From assembly GCA_028534125.1 (NCBI GenBank), contig CM052817.1, positions 32,862,001-32,926,000 on the forward strand: a stretch of DNA of 64,000 nucleotides, in the 5' to 3' direction. The notes under the pieces are model-generated. The model did not search any database and was not told the DNA's origin. It saw nothing but the letters and a program-made list of their open reading frames with translations. The stretch comes from Lama glama. Taxonomy: Eukaryota. Both the position numbers and the translations under genes were made by a program. Below are positions 1 to 12,700 of this stretch, in pieces (position 1 is the first letter of the stretch; each line of letters begins with the position of its first letter).

Positions 1-550
1 GCAAAGCAAAAAAACCAGTCACACTACTTTTTTAAGCCTCCAGCAAATTCGGCCTTTTATAACAGCTGAAAAAAGGGAAGAAATGACAGCTGAAATCTAT
101 TATTATTAGGCAGGTTGGGGATGTGTGGTGGGTGTGGAAAGGCTTGTACAGTCAGGAGGAAATGTGACTGCCCAGAATTCTAGCCCAAGTTCCGAGGCTT
201 TTTGTGAGAAAACGTGTATGTGGTGGGGAGGCCTGAAGGAAGGAACGCTTGGGAATATGCTTTGGAACTTGCATTTTTAATGGCAGGGAACGAGGTCAAG
301 TTGCCAGTGAGGCCCAGAAAGCAGGATGTTGGCAGTGCGGCAAGCAGCCTCTCAATCCTGAACGTCTGTGCTGCTTCAGGAAGTGCCGGCCAAGGAGGCA
401 GCCAGACAGATGATCCTGGGTCACCACCGAAATGAGCAAACAGCCCCAACTGTTTCAAAACATTTCCTCTAATATGCTTCTGAAAAAAACCTTTCCAATG
501 TAGCTTTTCTGACTACCTTAACAATACCAACAAAGTTTCTTTAAGATTTA

Positions 551-648
551 ATTTTTTTTTAAATTTTTATTTTAAATGGAGACGCTGAGGATTGAATCCA
601 GGACCTGGCGCGTGCTAAGCACACATTCTACCACTGAGCTATACCCCC
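551..648 (-). mobile_element. tRNA-derived SINE (camelid vic-1-like), copy 1
   Basis: Reverse complement reads GGGGTATAGCTCAGTGGTAGA (Pol III A box) ... GGATTCAATCC (B box) followed by an A-rich tail; same body as seven other copies in the window. Confidence 0.85.
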
Positions 649-3287
649 AAGACTTCATGTAGTTAAGGAGGGGTTAGTTAAGTGTACTGCATCATATTAA
701 ATAAGACAACTTTCATAGGTCAGTTATTATGTCATCCTGTTAAATCAACCCAAATCACCTTAGACAAAGGTGTCATGAAGTTCAGCTTTCGGAGTGACTG
801 AAATCCCATGCTTGAGGCTATTTCTTTAACAAGGTAGGCGCTGGTTTCTGATGGGTTGCACAGTCTCCTATTATTGGGGCTGTCACCCTGGGAAAAATCC
901 GATCTCTCTCGTATCATTTTGACTTTGGGCCCCTTTTCCAGAAATGAAACCTGCCACAAGTTGGGGAAATGCCCACATAGCCACATACGCCGGAGATATT
1001 CACAACCCTTCCCAGTCCCCAGAGGGGCGGCACACAGGCTCCTAACAGTCATTACAGACCTACTCTCAAAACCCGTCTCTCATTGACAGGGCTTCTGAAC
1101 AGGCTGATTATTTTAATCTTGTTGAATTAATTCTACTGAACGACAAACTTCCATGTATACCTTAAGTCCCCTTTCAAAGCACGTTGACATTTCTGGTAGT
1201 TCTGAAGAGCTCTGCGTGGCTGCCTTGAGAGATGACCTGCAGCTGGCTGCTGGTTGTTTTCACCAGCTGTCAGGTGGCAGAGTCCCCAGGAGCCAGCTGC
1301 GCCTGAGACCACAGTGACAGTGACTGCTGGGGGGCTCATTTTCCAAACGAGGAGAAAACAAGGCTACCCTACACGCACGGAAAGGTGGCACCAGAGCCCG
1401 GCTGGGAGTTCAGAATAGCCAGCAGCTTTTCTGTTAATATCTGCTTGTTTCTTGTTTGTTCTTCTTGGGGCGCTATACATGTGGAAGCAGCAAAGGTAAG
1501 AAAACACAGGGTAGATATCAACTTATGGCGGGAAAAGTTGGATCTGCTTACTTTATTTGTCTTTGAATTGAGAGAAGATGACCATCATTTGATTTTCGCA
1601 GGGAATCATATCCCCCTGCACAGTTTTGAGAAGCAATGAACCAGTTCGGCATTTCAGAGAGAGCCAAATGGAGGCCCAGATGCTCCAAGACGGGCTGCAG
1701 GCTGATCCCACTTATCTTCCGGGATGTGTGCCTGATGTCCCGCCAGCCCTGCACCTCGCTTCCCTCCACACTCTGCGCCTCTGTTCTCCAGTGCAGCGAT
1801 GTATGTGCGTTGGGGGGAGGGGGGGGTTCTACCTGATGCAGCTGCAGCAGAGGCCCAGGGCTTCCCCAAGATCACCTGGAAGGCTTCCTGGAGGGGCAGA
1901 CCAAGAAGGAAGCTGTGAGGGACCACAGTGAGCTGCGTTCTTTCTGCTCCTTTCTGAATCTTACCCCAGGTCCAGTCTTGCTGCTGGTTTTACAGAGAGT
2001 ACCAAAGGTCTGTTGCCCATGAAGGATTCTTAAGTGGTAAGATTGTACTTTATTTTGGAAATGGCAATTAAATTGAGACTGTGGGAATAACATGGTGTGG
2101 TTTCTAGCTGCAATGGGCCCCTGGGCAATGCTTCCCTAGCCAAGTTACAGTGAAAACATCACCCAGGGTTTGGTTTGTCTACTAATTACACAAATCTGTG
2201 CTACAGCTAATTGCTCATTCGTAGAAAAGGATGAAATCATAAGTCCAAATCATGGCACATTTAAAAGCCTTTTAAATGACTGGCCCTCCCCTGCCTCTTG
2301 TTCTCACTGCCATTTAGAGGAGTTTAAAACAAAATCTAACCATCTCTTCTTTTCCATTATACCTCTTGGGCTCCAGCCTTGCTGAGCTTGCTCTCACGAG
2401 ATCTGTAAGCGCGGAGGGACAGCCGTGCCTGTTTGTATTTTGGGGGAAGGCTAGGTGGTTCATAATGCGGGATCATTTTCTGATCTATCTGAGAAAAAGG
2501 GAAGAATGAAAGGGAAGCTTATTGACCTAAAGTTTCTTTCATCCCTTTTGTTTCTTAAAAGAATAGAAGAGCAAATGGAGTTTATTTTTCTTCAAGTAGC
2601 AGACAGATCAAATGAGATCCCCAGCCCGCCCCTCCCCCAACACACACAAAAATCACTCTCAGCCTCAACCCAAGGTGCCCCTGCACCTGTTGTTGTAAAT
2701 CTCCATTGAACCGAGCCAGCATCGCTACGCCTGAAATTTAAGCCTCTGCTAAATGAGGCCTCTTATCTATCGCTTTTCTGTATTTTCTTTTGGTGGCAGC
2801 ATGGATTAGCGTGTGGGTTAGCTGTGCCTGATTCGGAGATGAGACGAAGTCCAGAGAGGTTTGCCAGTGGACCCTGGCATGGAGGGGAAGGGCGGAAATG
2901 CCACCATGGCCCTCGTCTCTCTTGGAAGCAGGAGCAGCCTTGAGGGTGGACCCCAGAAGCAAATGCGGAGAAATCAGGAAAGCTTACAGGCAGAAGTCTG
3001 CCTCCTGCAACTCACAGCTCAGGTCCCAGTGAGGCGAGAGCTGGCAGAGGAAGAGGCAGAGAAGACAGATGCTCTCCCCGCCTCCCTGGCTGAGGATGGA
3101 GCCAGGTTTCCTGCTTGGTGGGGTGGGGGGTGGAGCGGGCTGCAGGCTGAGGCCTGTGGGCTTCCAGGCGCTTTCACCTGTCTGATGAGAAAAAAATTGA
3201 TGTGTTTGATCTACCATTTACTTATCAAAGAAGACGGCTGTGCTAGATTGTTAAGTGACAAGAGTAGGTTGCTGAATAGTAGATCTA

Positions 3288-3400
3288 CACACACGCATAT
3301 ATATCCACACACACGCATACAGAGTATATACACACATATACACACACGTGTACACAACCACACACACATATATACATACACACATCTACGTATTTGTGTA
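3288..3400. repeat. Degenerate (CA)/(TA) microsatellite
   Basis: Runs such as acacacacgcatatatatccacacacacgcatacag. Confidence 0.9.
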
Positions 3401-3454
3401 TACAAGTCCAGAATAACACATTGCAAACTGTTAACAGTCATTATTCCTCTAGAA

Positions 3455-3669
3455 CATCACTGCCCAATAGAACTGTCTGCAGTGATGGAAATTTTCTACA
3501 TCTGTGTGGTCCAATATGGCAGCCGCCAGCTGCATATGGATATTGAGCACCTGAAATATGGGTAGTGTGACTGGGGGAGTCTCAGTTCTAAATTGCATGT
3601 AATTTTAATTAATTGAATTGCCACATGCGGCTAGCAGTTACTGTATTATTGTACAGTAATTGCACACAG
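3455..3669 (+). mobile_element. MER3-like hAT-Charlie non-autonomous DNA transposon
   Basis: CCAATAGAACTGTCTGCAGTGATGGAAAT...GCCACATGCGGCTAG matches the recalled MER3 consensus; perfect 8-bp TSD CTCTAGAA at 3447-3454 and 3670-3677 (hAT NTCTAGAN target). Confidence 0.88.
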
Positions 3670-5639
3670 CTCTAGAATGTAAGCCCGGCGAAGACAAAGA
3701 CCTTTGCTTTAATTACTGATGTATTTGAACCTCCTAAGATAATCTTTGTCCCTGACACATGGCAGGCGCTCAGTAAATAGTTGTTGAATGAAATAAACAA
3801 CTGCTTGTCAAAGGTTGTTGTCTAGGGAATTACGGGAGACTTCTGCATTCTAGTTTATGTACTTTTCTGTCATTTTGATTTTTTAGTACGCATATATTTT
3901 AGGCTTTAAAATAGCAAAGCAAGAAAGCTACTCTAATTCTGAAGTGCAATACACACCAAACTCATCCTTTTCTTTTTCTTAGCTGCCCAAAGTACCACTC
4001 TCTTTGGCTGGTGGGGGAGCCTGGCCCCTGGGTAGCAGTGTATTTATTCCTGGCTAGCTGCACCAATTTTCCCCAAATGAACATTACTGGGTGCCACAGT
4101 CCTACCTGCCTAACCTCACTCCTTTGTTCCTGATTCATGGCAGAATCATACACTCAATTTCATTTTTCTCCTTTCAGCATTTCCATCTCCCTGAATGAGG
4201 TCAACAGCAGAGTCTATATCCTAGTGGGGAAGAAAACCTGACAGAAAAGACTGTCTCTGCTATTAATTGTGGGGTCAGGCATGCTTTTCTCTGTTATTTA
4301 CAGGGTCAGCCAGGGTCCTAATTCACACAACGTTTCTAGGTCAATGAGAGTCTCAGCATAAGACCCTAAGATACCTCTTCTCCCCCCCTGGACCGTCCAG
4401 TCTGTCTCCTTTCAGTCTGAGTCCTGCCAACACCCACTCAGTTCCCTCTATGAGCCTCAAAGAATGTCACTGCCCGGCTTCTGACGACAGGCTGGCCCCT
4501 CCAGCTCACGTCCTATCTGATCCTCTTCACAGTCTGACTCTAGAAGCTGACTCGAGACCGCTCCACTCTGCCTCCTTCAGATGCTGCCTGCCAGGTCCCT
4601 GCTTCCTGAACCTCAGCTGTTCACCTGTCACCTTCACTGCTGCCACTTCCAGGTACTGCCTGTTCCATAATGTGCTAAGTCTTCTCCCTAAGGTAGCTAG
4701 AAATCAACTCATTTATTAGTTCTACGTAAGCTGATTGGATGTACTAATATTGGCTTATTTTAACATGCATCAGAAAAAAACCTAGCTGAAAATAGAAAAT
4801 ATTCATTGGCACTCTCCGAACTCCTCTCGCAGACCACCCTTTGGACTGGCGTGTGCTGGGGGGTGTGAGACTGATGCTCTTCTCCTGCAGTGCCAGGAGC
4901 ATGGATATTTCCTAAGAAGCTCATCCGCTACTCAGAGGCAGGGTCCTCTCTCCCTCTGTCCCCGCGACATTGCCGGCACCGAGCGCGGCATGCGGCAAAC
5001 TGAGAATCAGCCAACTGTAACCAGGTGGTTCCAGGGCGCTGGGAACTGTGCTGACGACAGCCCCGCGGAGTAGGTGCTGATAAGCTCGTTTTTCAGATGA
5101 CAGCGCGGAAGCGGTGATGTCTCGAGGAAGGCTGTTTAATGAATAACCATCTCCTTTAAAAGGGAAACAGCCTTGCAGCCTCAGGAGACCAGGGAGGCAG
5201 ATGCCTCTGTTGCAGGACCGTCGTGCTCTCCCAGGCCTTCTTCATGACCACGCCACCCCAAAATCTGCCTTTAGTCAGAACTACTTTGTACCAGACTAGC
5301 CCCCTGAAGGCCATCTCCTTGCTACATAGCTATGATTAGGCCCCGCTTCCCCTTCCAACTTGCCCCCGGGGTTCCAGCCACTCCAGCCTTCTCTTGTTCC
5401 CCGGTAGATCTCAAGCTCAGGCTCTTTGCACTTTTCTCCCCTCTAGTTGTTCTGGTTGTAGCCATATATTAGGTCTCAGCTGGATCATCATCTCCTCCAA
5501 GAGGCCTTTTCTGATCACCCCATCTCAGTCAGGTTGCCGTGCTCTTAAAGCACTTTATCAACATTTATAAATACATATAAATGCATTTCCTTCTTTGTTT
5601 TTCCTCCCTCCCTCCCCTATCTCTTTCCTCCCTTCTGAT

Positions 5640-6110
5640 CTGTCATCACATATTTATTGAGTGCTAACCACCTGCTAGGCACTGAAGATAGTGACTGCTC
5701 TCATGAAGCCTACACTTCAATGGAGGGAAGCAGATAACATGTAAATAAATATTCAAATAAACAAGTCATAACATGTCCCTAGTGATAAGTGCTCAGAAGA
5801 AAGATAGAGGCAGGAGCTATTTTAGACACGGTAAAGAAAGGCTTCTTGGACGAGGTGCATTTTAGCAGAGATCTTTCTGAAGTGAGCAGGCAAGCACGGT
5901 AGATACCTGGGAAAAGGCTTTCTAGGCTTAAGGACAGTATGTGCAAAGTCCCTGAGGCAGAAAAGGCTGAGGGGGTTTCAGGGGAGCAAGGAGACTGAGC
6001 GGCCCAAGTGGAGGAGCAAGGGGAGAGAGGAGGCAAAGGAAGTCAGAGGAAGGAAAAGTCAGAAGGACAGGCAGAGCAGATCACGTGGGGCCTTCCCCAT
6101 GGCAGATAGG
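5640..6110 (-). mobile_element. L2 LINE 3' fragment
   Basis: Starts catatttattgagtgctaacc...ctaggcactg and continues with gaaaggcttcttggacgaggtg...gtgcaaagtccctgaggcag, typical antisense L2 3' end. Boundaries approximate. Confidence 0.75.
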
Positions 6111-6845
6111 GGAAGAGATGCACACGGATGAAGAAAACTAGAAAGGAAGGTATAGCTATAAGGCCAGATACCTTCTTGTGCTGATGAGTGGGTTTTAATG
6201 GAACGTGTAGGCCTGGGAGAGAAGCAGGCCACCTGGAAGGGTCTCCTGGCTGGAGCACAAGTGCTTTGACTTCACATGCCCAAGCATTTTCACTGTCTCC
6301 CCATCCTTTCCTGACAGCGAGAACACAGAAAACTTAGTGGGGCAAAAAAAAAAAACCCACAACCAGTGACACAAACTGCCAAACTGCCACGGGAGGAAAC
6401 TGGCACGTTGGTGCAGCCCCACCGCCACCAGCCTTTGCCGTGAGAGCTCAATGTTGTTGTGCCCGAGTCACCCACAGGGGGTGCGGAGAGAAGGGGAGCC
6501 CGGGAAGCCGAGATTGGCATCGCAGCCGGAATGTGTAGGAGAGGCAGTCAGCAAAGGGAAAATGGAAACCCTTAGTCGGGGAGGTCGTGAGCTGGTGTTG
6601 ACCTGAAAATTCAAGGCTGCCTAAGGTAGCTCTGGCAGAAGGACATTCTCTTATTCTGAGAAAGGAATCAAGGACTAGGTTGGATTTAAATTTCTCAAGG
6701 GTAGAAACTGATTCACTCAACAAATATTTACTGAGTATCTGATGTGCGGCACTGTTCTAAGCCTGGGATATGACAGCAGACAGAACGTAAACATCCCTGC
6801 CTGTGTCAGACCTCCTTGGTATTTTCCCACTTTGCCTAAAAATGA

Positions 6846-7010
6846 TGGTAACAGTTAACATTTATCAAGCGATTACTATGTGCCAAGTACTATTTGAAGG
6901 ATTTCATATGTATTAATCCATTTAATCCCCAGAACTATCCTGTGAGGTAGATGCTATCATCATCCTCGTTTCACAGATGAGAACAAGGCAGAGAGGCTGA
7001 GTAACTTGTC
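6846..7010 (-). mobile_element. MIR SINE
   Basis: aacatttatcaagcgattactatgtgcc...tttcacagatgagaacaaggcagagaggctgagtaacttg is the antisense MIR core. Confidence 0.85.
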
Positions 7011-7032
7011 CCTTCTAAAAATGGTAAAAAGA

Positions 7033-7092
7033 AATAATAATAATAATGATGATGATGATGATAATAATAATGATAATGATAATAATAATAAT
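7033..7092. repeat. Compound (AAT)n/(GAT)n trinucleotide microsatellite
   Basis: aataataataataatgatgatgatgatgataataataatgataatgataataataataat. Confidence 0.95.
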
Positions 7093-8899
7093 ATACATAA
7101 AACAATGGTGTGAGAATAACTCAACAATTCAAGATGGTGTGCCTAACCCATGAAAGCACGGGGCAGACTTCAGCTTCACTAGCCTTAGAAATTAGAGCAG
7201 GCCTATGGCACTCTCAAATCTCATCTTAAAGTGTTAATCACTTTTTTTTTAGTCCCTGTAGAAGATGGGCATTGGGTTTTTCCATGATGGAAACCAAAAC
7301 CCAGCATAGAAGGGCTGACAAAGAGAGACCGTGACTCACATCACAATGTCTCTATAGGATCTATCTCGACTTCCCTGTCCTTTCTAAACTGTCCAGGATG
7401 CTGAAACTAGAACCACAAGGGAGGGGTGAAATCAAACACATGGTGCACTGTTATTTTTAGCCCACTGAGAACATTCTATTTACCAAACAACATAATGAAA
7501 TGAGAGCCGAATCATAAAAGCTTCAGGATGTCAAAATGTCAATGGTGTAGATAATTATTCAGCAGCTAAGTCTTTAGAAATTGACAAGGATAATATGTGC
7601 TAAAAATATTCTCAATGAATTTTATTGAAGGACAGATACCACTTGTAATTTGAAACACATTCTATCTCTTTTAGTTGTGTCTCGATTAATATAATCAAGC
7701 ATAAGACCTCACAACGCTTATTTATGTCAACTGAGACTAAGACTGAGGATTCTTTTATTTCTTTATTCATCCAAATGACATATTATCTCATTTAAAAAAT
7801 TTCTGTGCCGCAACAGTGTTATAGAATTCATCACCTAGAAGGTCAGTGGTCGGGAAGGACACTGAAAAGGATACTGCTTTATAACAACCAGGTCTTGAAA
7901 ATGTTTAGCTCCCACTCATGCCCCAAATGTCTGGGATTTAAGAGTAGAACCTTAACAAATAGGGTTAAGCGCTAAAGGAAGAGACTAGCAGGCAAAAAAG
8001 AATATCAAGCTACATTATTCCAACCCTTCAGAATCCATGCCAGAGAACCATGCAACCCTATAAAGAAAGAGATGTCATGACCCTTCTATAAAAGAAAGTC
8101 GAATTGCCTATATCTGTCATCCTAATGATACATTTATCATCCAAACTTTGCTCTCAATGACATAATTGGCTGGCCTCTCTTCTCATGTGTCTTAACTGAC
8201 GTCATAGATGAGCTATTTCTACTGCCTAGTCTGGTTTTAAGTACATTTCAGTTGATTAGCTGGATGCTGTCATCTAACACTTGAACAGACACATCTCTCA
8301 GAGCAGAGCTGCAGGCAGGCTTGGTGACGTCCAGGTCGATGGTGTCCTCCTGTCGATGTCCCTTCCACAGTTGCTCAATGTCTTTGAGCACCCCCCCCCA
8401 AAGTAATGAAACCTTGCATCCACCCTAGCTGCAGATACTTCTTGACTCCTCCTCCTCCCTCCTGAATTCCACTCCCTCAAGGCCTTGTTTATTCCTGTCA
8501 ACTGGCTAATTTCATAGAGGAATCATAGAACATTGGAGCTGACAGGGCCTATGGAGGCCGTGCAGGGCTCTCACATTACAGACCAACTCCTTTCTGTTTA
8601 GTGAAGGTCTCTTTGCAAAGGGTCAGTGCCTAATCAAAAGGGACTTGTTTTCCTAAAGAAATTTCCAGGCATCAGTTTACACCAGTAGGGATATTTTCTA
8701 GAAGCCACTGTCTACCTCACCTCTCATCATGTAATGTAATGGTCAACTCTTTTCCTGCTAGAATCTAGCATAAAGCAGGTTGCCATGGTAGCCACCTAGT
8801 CTGTCTTCAAATTGGGCTCTGGAGGAAGTCCTAACTTCAGGCTATAACAAGGCGTAGTTACAATGAAGCTAAACATGAGTATGGGCAGACAAAGGGCTC

Positions 8900-8902
<3 letters not shown>

Positions 8903-8931
<29 letters not shown>
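8903..8931. repeat. (TG)n microsatellite
   Basis: About 14 perfect TG units. Confidence 0.95.
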
Positions 8932-8933
<2 letters not shown>

Positions 8934-9039
8934 GAATTTATTAATATGACATTTCTTAAAAGGCATCAAATACTACTTAATTAAATCAAAATCTAGTTTT
9001 TTTCCCCCCTTCACCATTAATTGCAAGCATTTTAAAGCT

Positions 9040-9640
9040 TGATAATATCAAGCATGGTGGAAATGTAAAGAGTTGGTGGAAATACAGACTCGTAAAGTCA
9101 TTTTGAAGGGCAACAGAGTGGCACCTACTAAAGCTACCAATACGCAGGCCCTTTGACCCAGCAACTCGACTTTTAGGGATCTACCCTAGGAAAAATTTAA
9201 CTTGGGTACAAAGAATCATGTACAAAGGTGGTCACTACGCGTGGGCTTGTGATTGAGAATAATAAGAAACAATTACTTAATATGTGCATCAATGGATAGT
9301 GATTAAATTAATAACACAGGCTATGCAGCGATTAAAAATAGAATGGGGTAGAACTGTATGTGGTCACTCAAAAGAACCCTAAGACATGTTAAGTGGAAAA
9401 AGCAAGTCGCAAAATAATATGTAGACTACGATACCATATCTACTCTAAGAAGCCCTGTATACTTCTAGGTATACCTTTGCATGTGCATTTGGATGAGCAT
9501 ACTTGGAAAAGAATGTGGAAGACTACTTCCAAACTGATGACTGGGGTTACTTACAGAAAGAGGAGTGGAGTTAGAAAAGGGGGGACATCACAAGGAACTT
9601 GTGTTTTTACCTGTATTGGTTAAATTTTGTTCAATGAGAC
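9040..9640 (+). mobile_element. Old L1 (L1M-type) ORF2 end / 3' UTR fragment
   Basis: ccctttgacccagcaactcgacttttagggatctaccctagg (the PFDPA motif at the end of L1 ORF2) followed by a degraded 3' UTR (atgttaagtggaaaaagcaagtcgcaaaata). Confidence 0.75.
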
Positions 9641-10290
9641 TATATTCATATATTATGAGAGTTATAATTGAATTTGATTTTATACTTAATGTCCCTTTCT
9701 TTGGGGAACTGAAGACCTAGCCTCCAAAATCTGGTTGCCTCCTTATTTCTATAGCTCGAGCCTCCACTTAAGATTCTTTCCCCCCAAATCCTCTTCCCCC
9801 AGCACATACAGTTGGAACTTAGGCAAAACCATACCAAATTCTTGTCATGGAAATAAAACATGAGGATGTAACACTGACCTTTTCATAAATGTTTCTTTTT
9901 TTCATCAGTTCTTAAGTGGTAATCCATGGGAAAATGAGATGTGTTTCTGCTAAAGTCAAGGGCATAAACCCCTCAAATCCAAAAAACACTGCCACTAATC
10001 AACAAAACCAAAGGGACAGAATTCCTTATCGACAAAAAGTTACAGCTCCCATTAGAACATGGCTTCTGTTATCAGATATTTCTGGGCATACCTTCCAAGA
10101 AATGAAAAACTGCATTAAATTTCAAATGGAACGATTCTTTTACTGATTTTAACTCTTTTTCTTTCTTCAATGTTCTACTTATAGAAGAACTCATGAGAAT
10201 TGTCATCCTCTTTTCTCTTTTTTCAAGAAGGAAAAATGAGTTTGGGATTTTTGCATCAAGCATTTTTTGTCTTGTTTTTTTCTTATTCTT

Positions 10291-10428
10291 TTGTTTTGTT
10301 TTTTTTGGGGGGGGAGAAGGTAATTAGGTTTGTTTGTTTGTTTGTTTAATGGAGGTACTGGGATTAAACCCAGGACCTTGTGCATGCTAAGCCTATACTC
10401 TATCACTGAGCTATGTCTCCCCACTCCA
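10291..10428 (-). mobile_element. tRNA-derived SINE (vic-1-like), copy 2, long-tail form
   Basis: ggtaattaggtttgtttg...aatggaggtactgggattaaacccaggacc...actgagctatg; candidate TSD TTATTCTT at 10283-10290 and 10429-10436. Confidence 0.88.
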
Positions 10429-11849
10429 TTATTCTTAAATTAACTGGATTTTAAAAGCAAATGCCGCATCCTTTTAAATCATCTTCTAGATCCTATAGTT
10501 AAAGGAGAAAATAAAAGCCTGTGAATTTTGAATGATTATTTATAGTGGGAAAATGGAATGTATTACTTGTAAGAAGTTTGGAATAAGATGCTTGCTTGAA
10601 TCAAAAGCAATGAAAATGATCATAGATGTTAATACCAAAGTTTTTTTTTGGAGTGGGACATGGGGATCTGTACTTTTACTGCCATGGTTGGTTCTGATGG
10701 CCAGCCAGGTATGTTTTCCTTCTTGGTAAAAATTTATCTTCAAATAAATCATTGTCACCCATGGAAAAATTCCAAAAATATCCTCAGAATCTCATAGAAA
10801 AATATTTAAAATTTTTCGTTTAAAAAATAAATATATTCCATCAAATACTTTCAGAAGGTTAGGGAATGCTGTGTTTCAAAATTACCGAGGGCTGGAGTAC
10901 TTCAACTCCAAAAAGGCTGGGAATATCTGTCTCCTAAAAAATGTTTGGTGAATAAACCTCAAATTCAGTATTCTTTCTTGAACAAAGAGGAAGGAGTATT
11001 ACAGTTCTCATGATAATTGGAGCTACAAATGACGCACCATGACATGACCATGATTAAAGTCATGAGCCATCACTACAGTTTTTATCCCCCCACTCAGAAA
11101 TATTATATATGTTTCTGCAGTTGAACATAATAAGGATACTTATTTTCTTGAAAATCTTAAGAGTTAAAAGAAATAGGCTCTCATCCTTTAAAAGTCCCCC
11201 ACTTAATAGTATTGGAGCCTTCCGAAGAAAGGATGAGTGTAATAATAACTCTTTAGAATGCAGGGATTGTTTTTCTTTGACTCAGGTATTTATGGTAGGA
11301 AAACTGGGAGGAATAGGAAAGTACTCATCAGAGGAGAAGGGTAATAATCTTTGGAATGAAATTGGCTGGGACATGTCAAGCTCAGCAGGCTTGAAGACAC
11401 TATTCTTGTTTTCCCATTATTCTATGTTAACTCTCTTGTCTTGCTGGCGGTTTCCAGCCTGTGAAGACTGCTCCCTGTGGCCGGGCGTCTGTGAGTGTTC
11501 TCGTGCAGCCATCACGGGAATCCAGCTGTGAGCGCTGAGCTGGCCTTTGCACTGTTCTTACATGCTCTTTTCTCCCTAATTACACATATTTGATCACTCA
11601 GCTGGAAAAAAATCTTGGCAAACTGCACTACAATAATCATTTCCCACCTTGGCTCCCCGTGGAGAAAAATATCAGTTGTAATGCACCCAAAGTTCAGCCA
11701 AGATGGCCATTTGGAAAGAGCTGTCCGTTCACAGGGAAATTGCCAGACAGAAGCCAAGCATCCTTTCCTTATTCTGAGTGAGCTCTGGCCTTCATGCACC
11801 TGTGGCAGATCGAACTTAAGTTCCATTAGGGGTTAAGACTGTAAACACA

Positions 11850-12700
11850 CCAATTCTCTCCAAATTAATCTATTAACTCTGTATACTTTCAATGCAAATT
11901 GAGAAGTGTGTGTGAAGTTTAACAATTTGATTTTAAAATTTCTTTGGGGAGCAAAGGGTTAAGAATAACCAAGGATGAAAAAAATACAAAAATGAATATA
12001 TGTATGTATATACATGACCAGGACATTATGCTGTACACCAGTAATTGACACATTATAATTGACTGTAATTCAATTAAAAAAAAACAATAACCAAGGAAAA
12101 GTTGAAGCTGGACAAGGCTCATTATACAGATCTAGTAATTCAGATGGTGTGGTACTGGCACAGAGATAGACAGAGTAGTGAAACAGAGCTCACTAACAGT
12201 TCCACACATATGTAGAAACTTGATATGCAACCAAGATGATGCTGAAATTCAGTGGGGAGAGGATGAATTACTCAACAAGTGGTGTTCGGGCATAATCAAT
12301 ATGAAACTTGATCCCTATATTATATGGGGAAAAATCCAGAGATATTAAAGGCCCCATATGAAAAAATTAAATATGAAAAAACCCAAATTTTAAAATTTTA
12401 AGGAAAAAAAAGAAAGATACCATAAACAAAGTGGAAGATAAGCCTTAAGCTAGTTACATTTGTAACATAGAAAATCAATAAAGGACTAGAGAGACAAATG
12501 AAGAAATCAATAAGAAAATCAATAGAAAAAAGAAAAAAAACAAGAAAAAAATAAGCCAAGAATATGAAGACTTGTATCACAGAAATAATCATGAGAATGG
12601 TGAAAAACGTGCCCAGAGATGCAACTTGACACGTAGACAGGGAAATGAGAATGACACAGATATAAAAGCCCGATACGACTGAGGTCCATCAGGGATCTGG
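11850..12700 (+). mobile_element. Old L1 ORF2 fragment, interrupted by a younger L1 3' end
   Basis: gtaattcagatggtgtggtactggcacagagatagacag (VWYWH motif of L1 ORF2), ctcaacaagtggtg, aaacttgatccctat; A-rich sense strand. Confidence 0.8.
11976..12085 (+). mobile_element. Younger 5'-truncated L1 3' terminus
   Basis: gaatatatgtatgtatatacatgacc...tgctgtacaccag...caattaaaaaaaaa; 12-bp TSD AATAACCAAGGA at 11964-11975 and 12086-12097. Confidence 0.85.

Noticed and set aside
1385..1639. ORF with a hydrophobic stretch followed by a strong donor (AAG|GTAAG at ~1495)
   Set aside because: Starts at GTG with no in-frame ATG and no recognisable homology; a lone donor site is common by chance.
2861..3565. 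234-aa ORF
   Set aside because: Starts at TTG and runs through a CA/TA microsatellite (THTHIY repeats) and the MER3 element; not a plausible gene.
8100..8400. Possible CR1-like RT remnant on the minus strand (EDTIDLDVTKPA)
   Set aside because: Only loosely similar to the D..YLDFSKAFD motif; too weak to call without a profile search.
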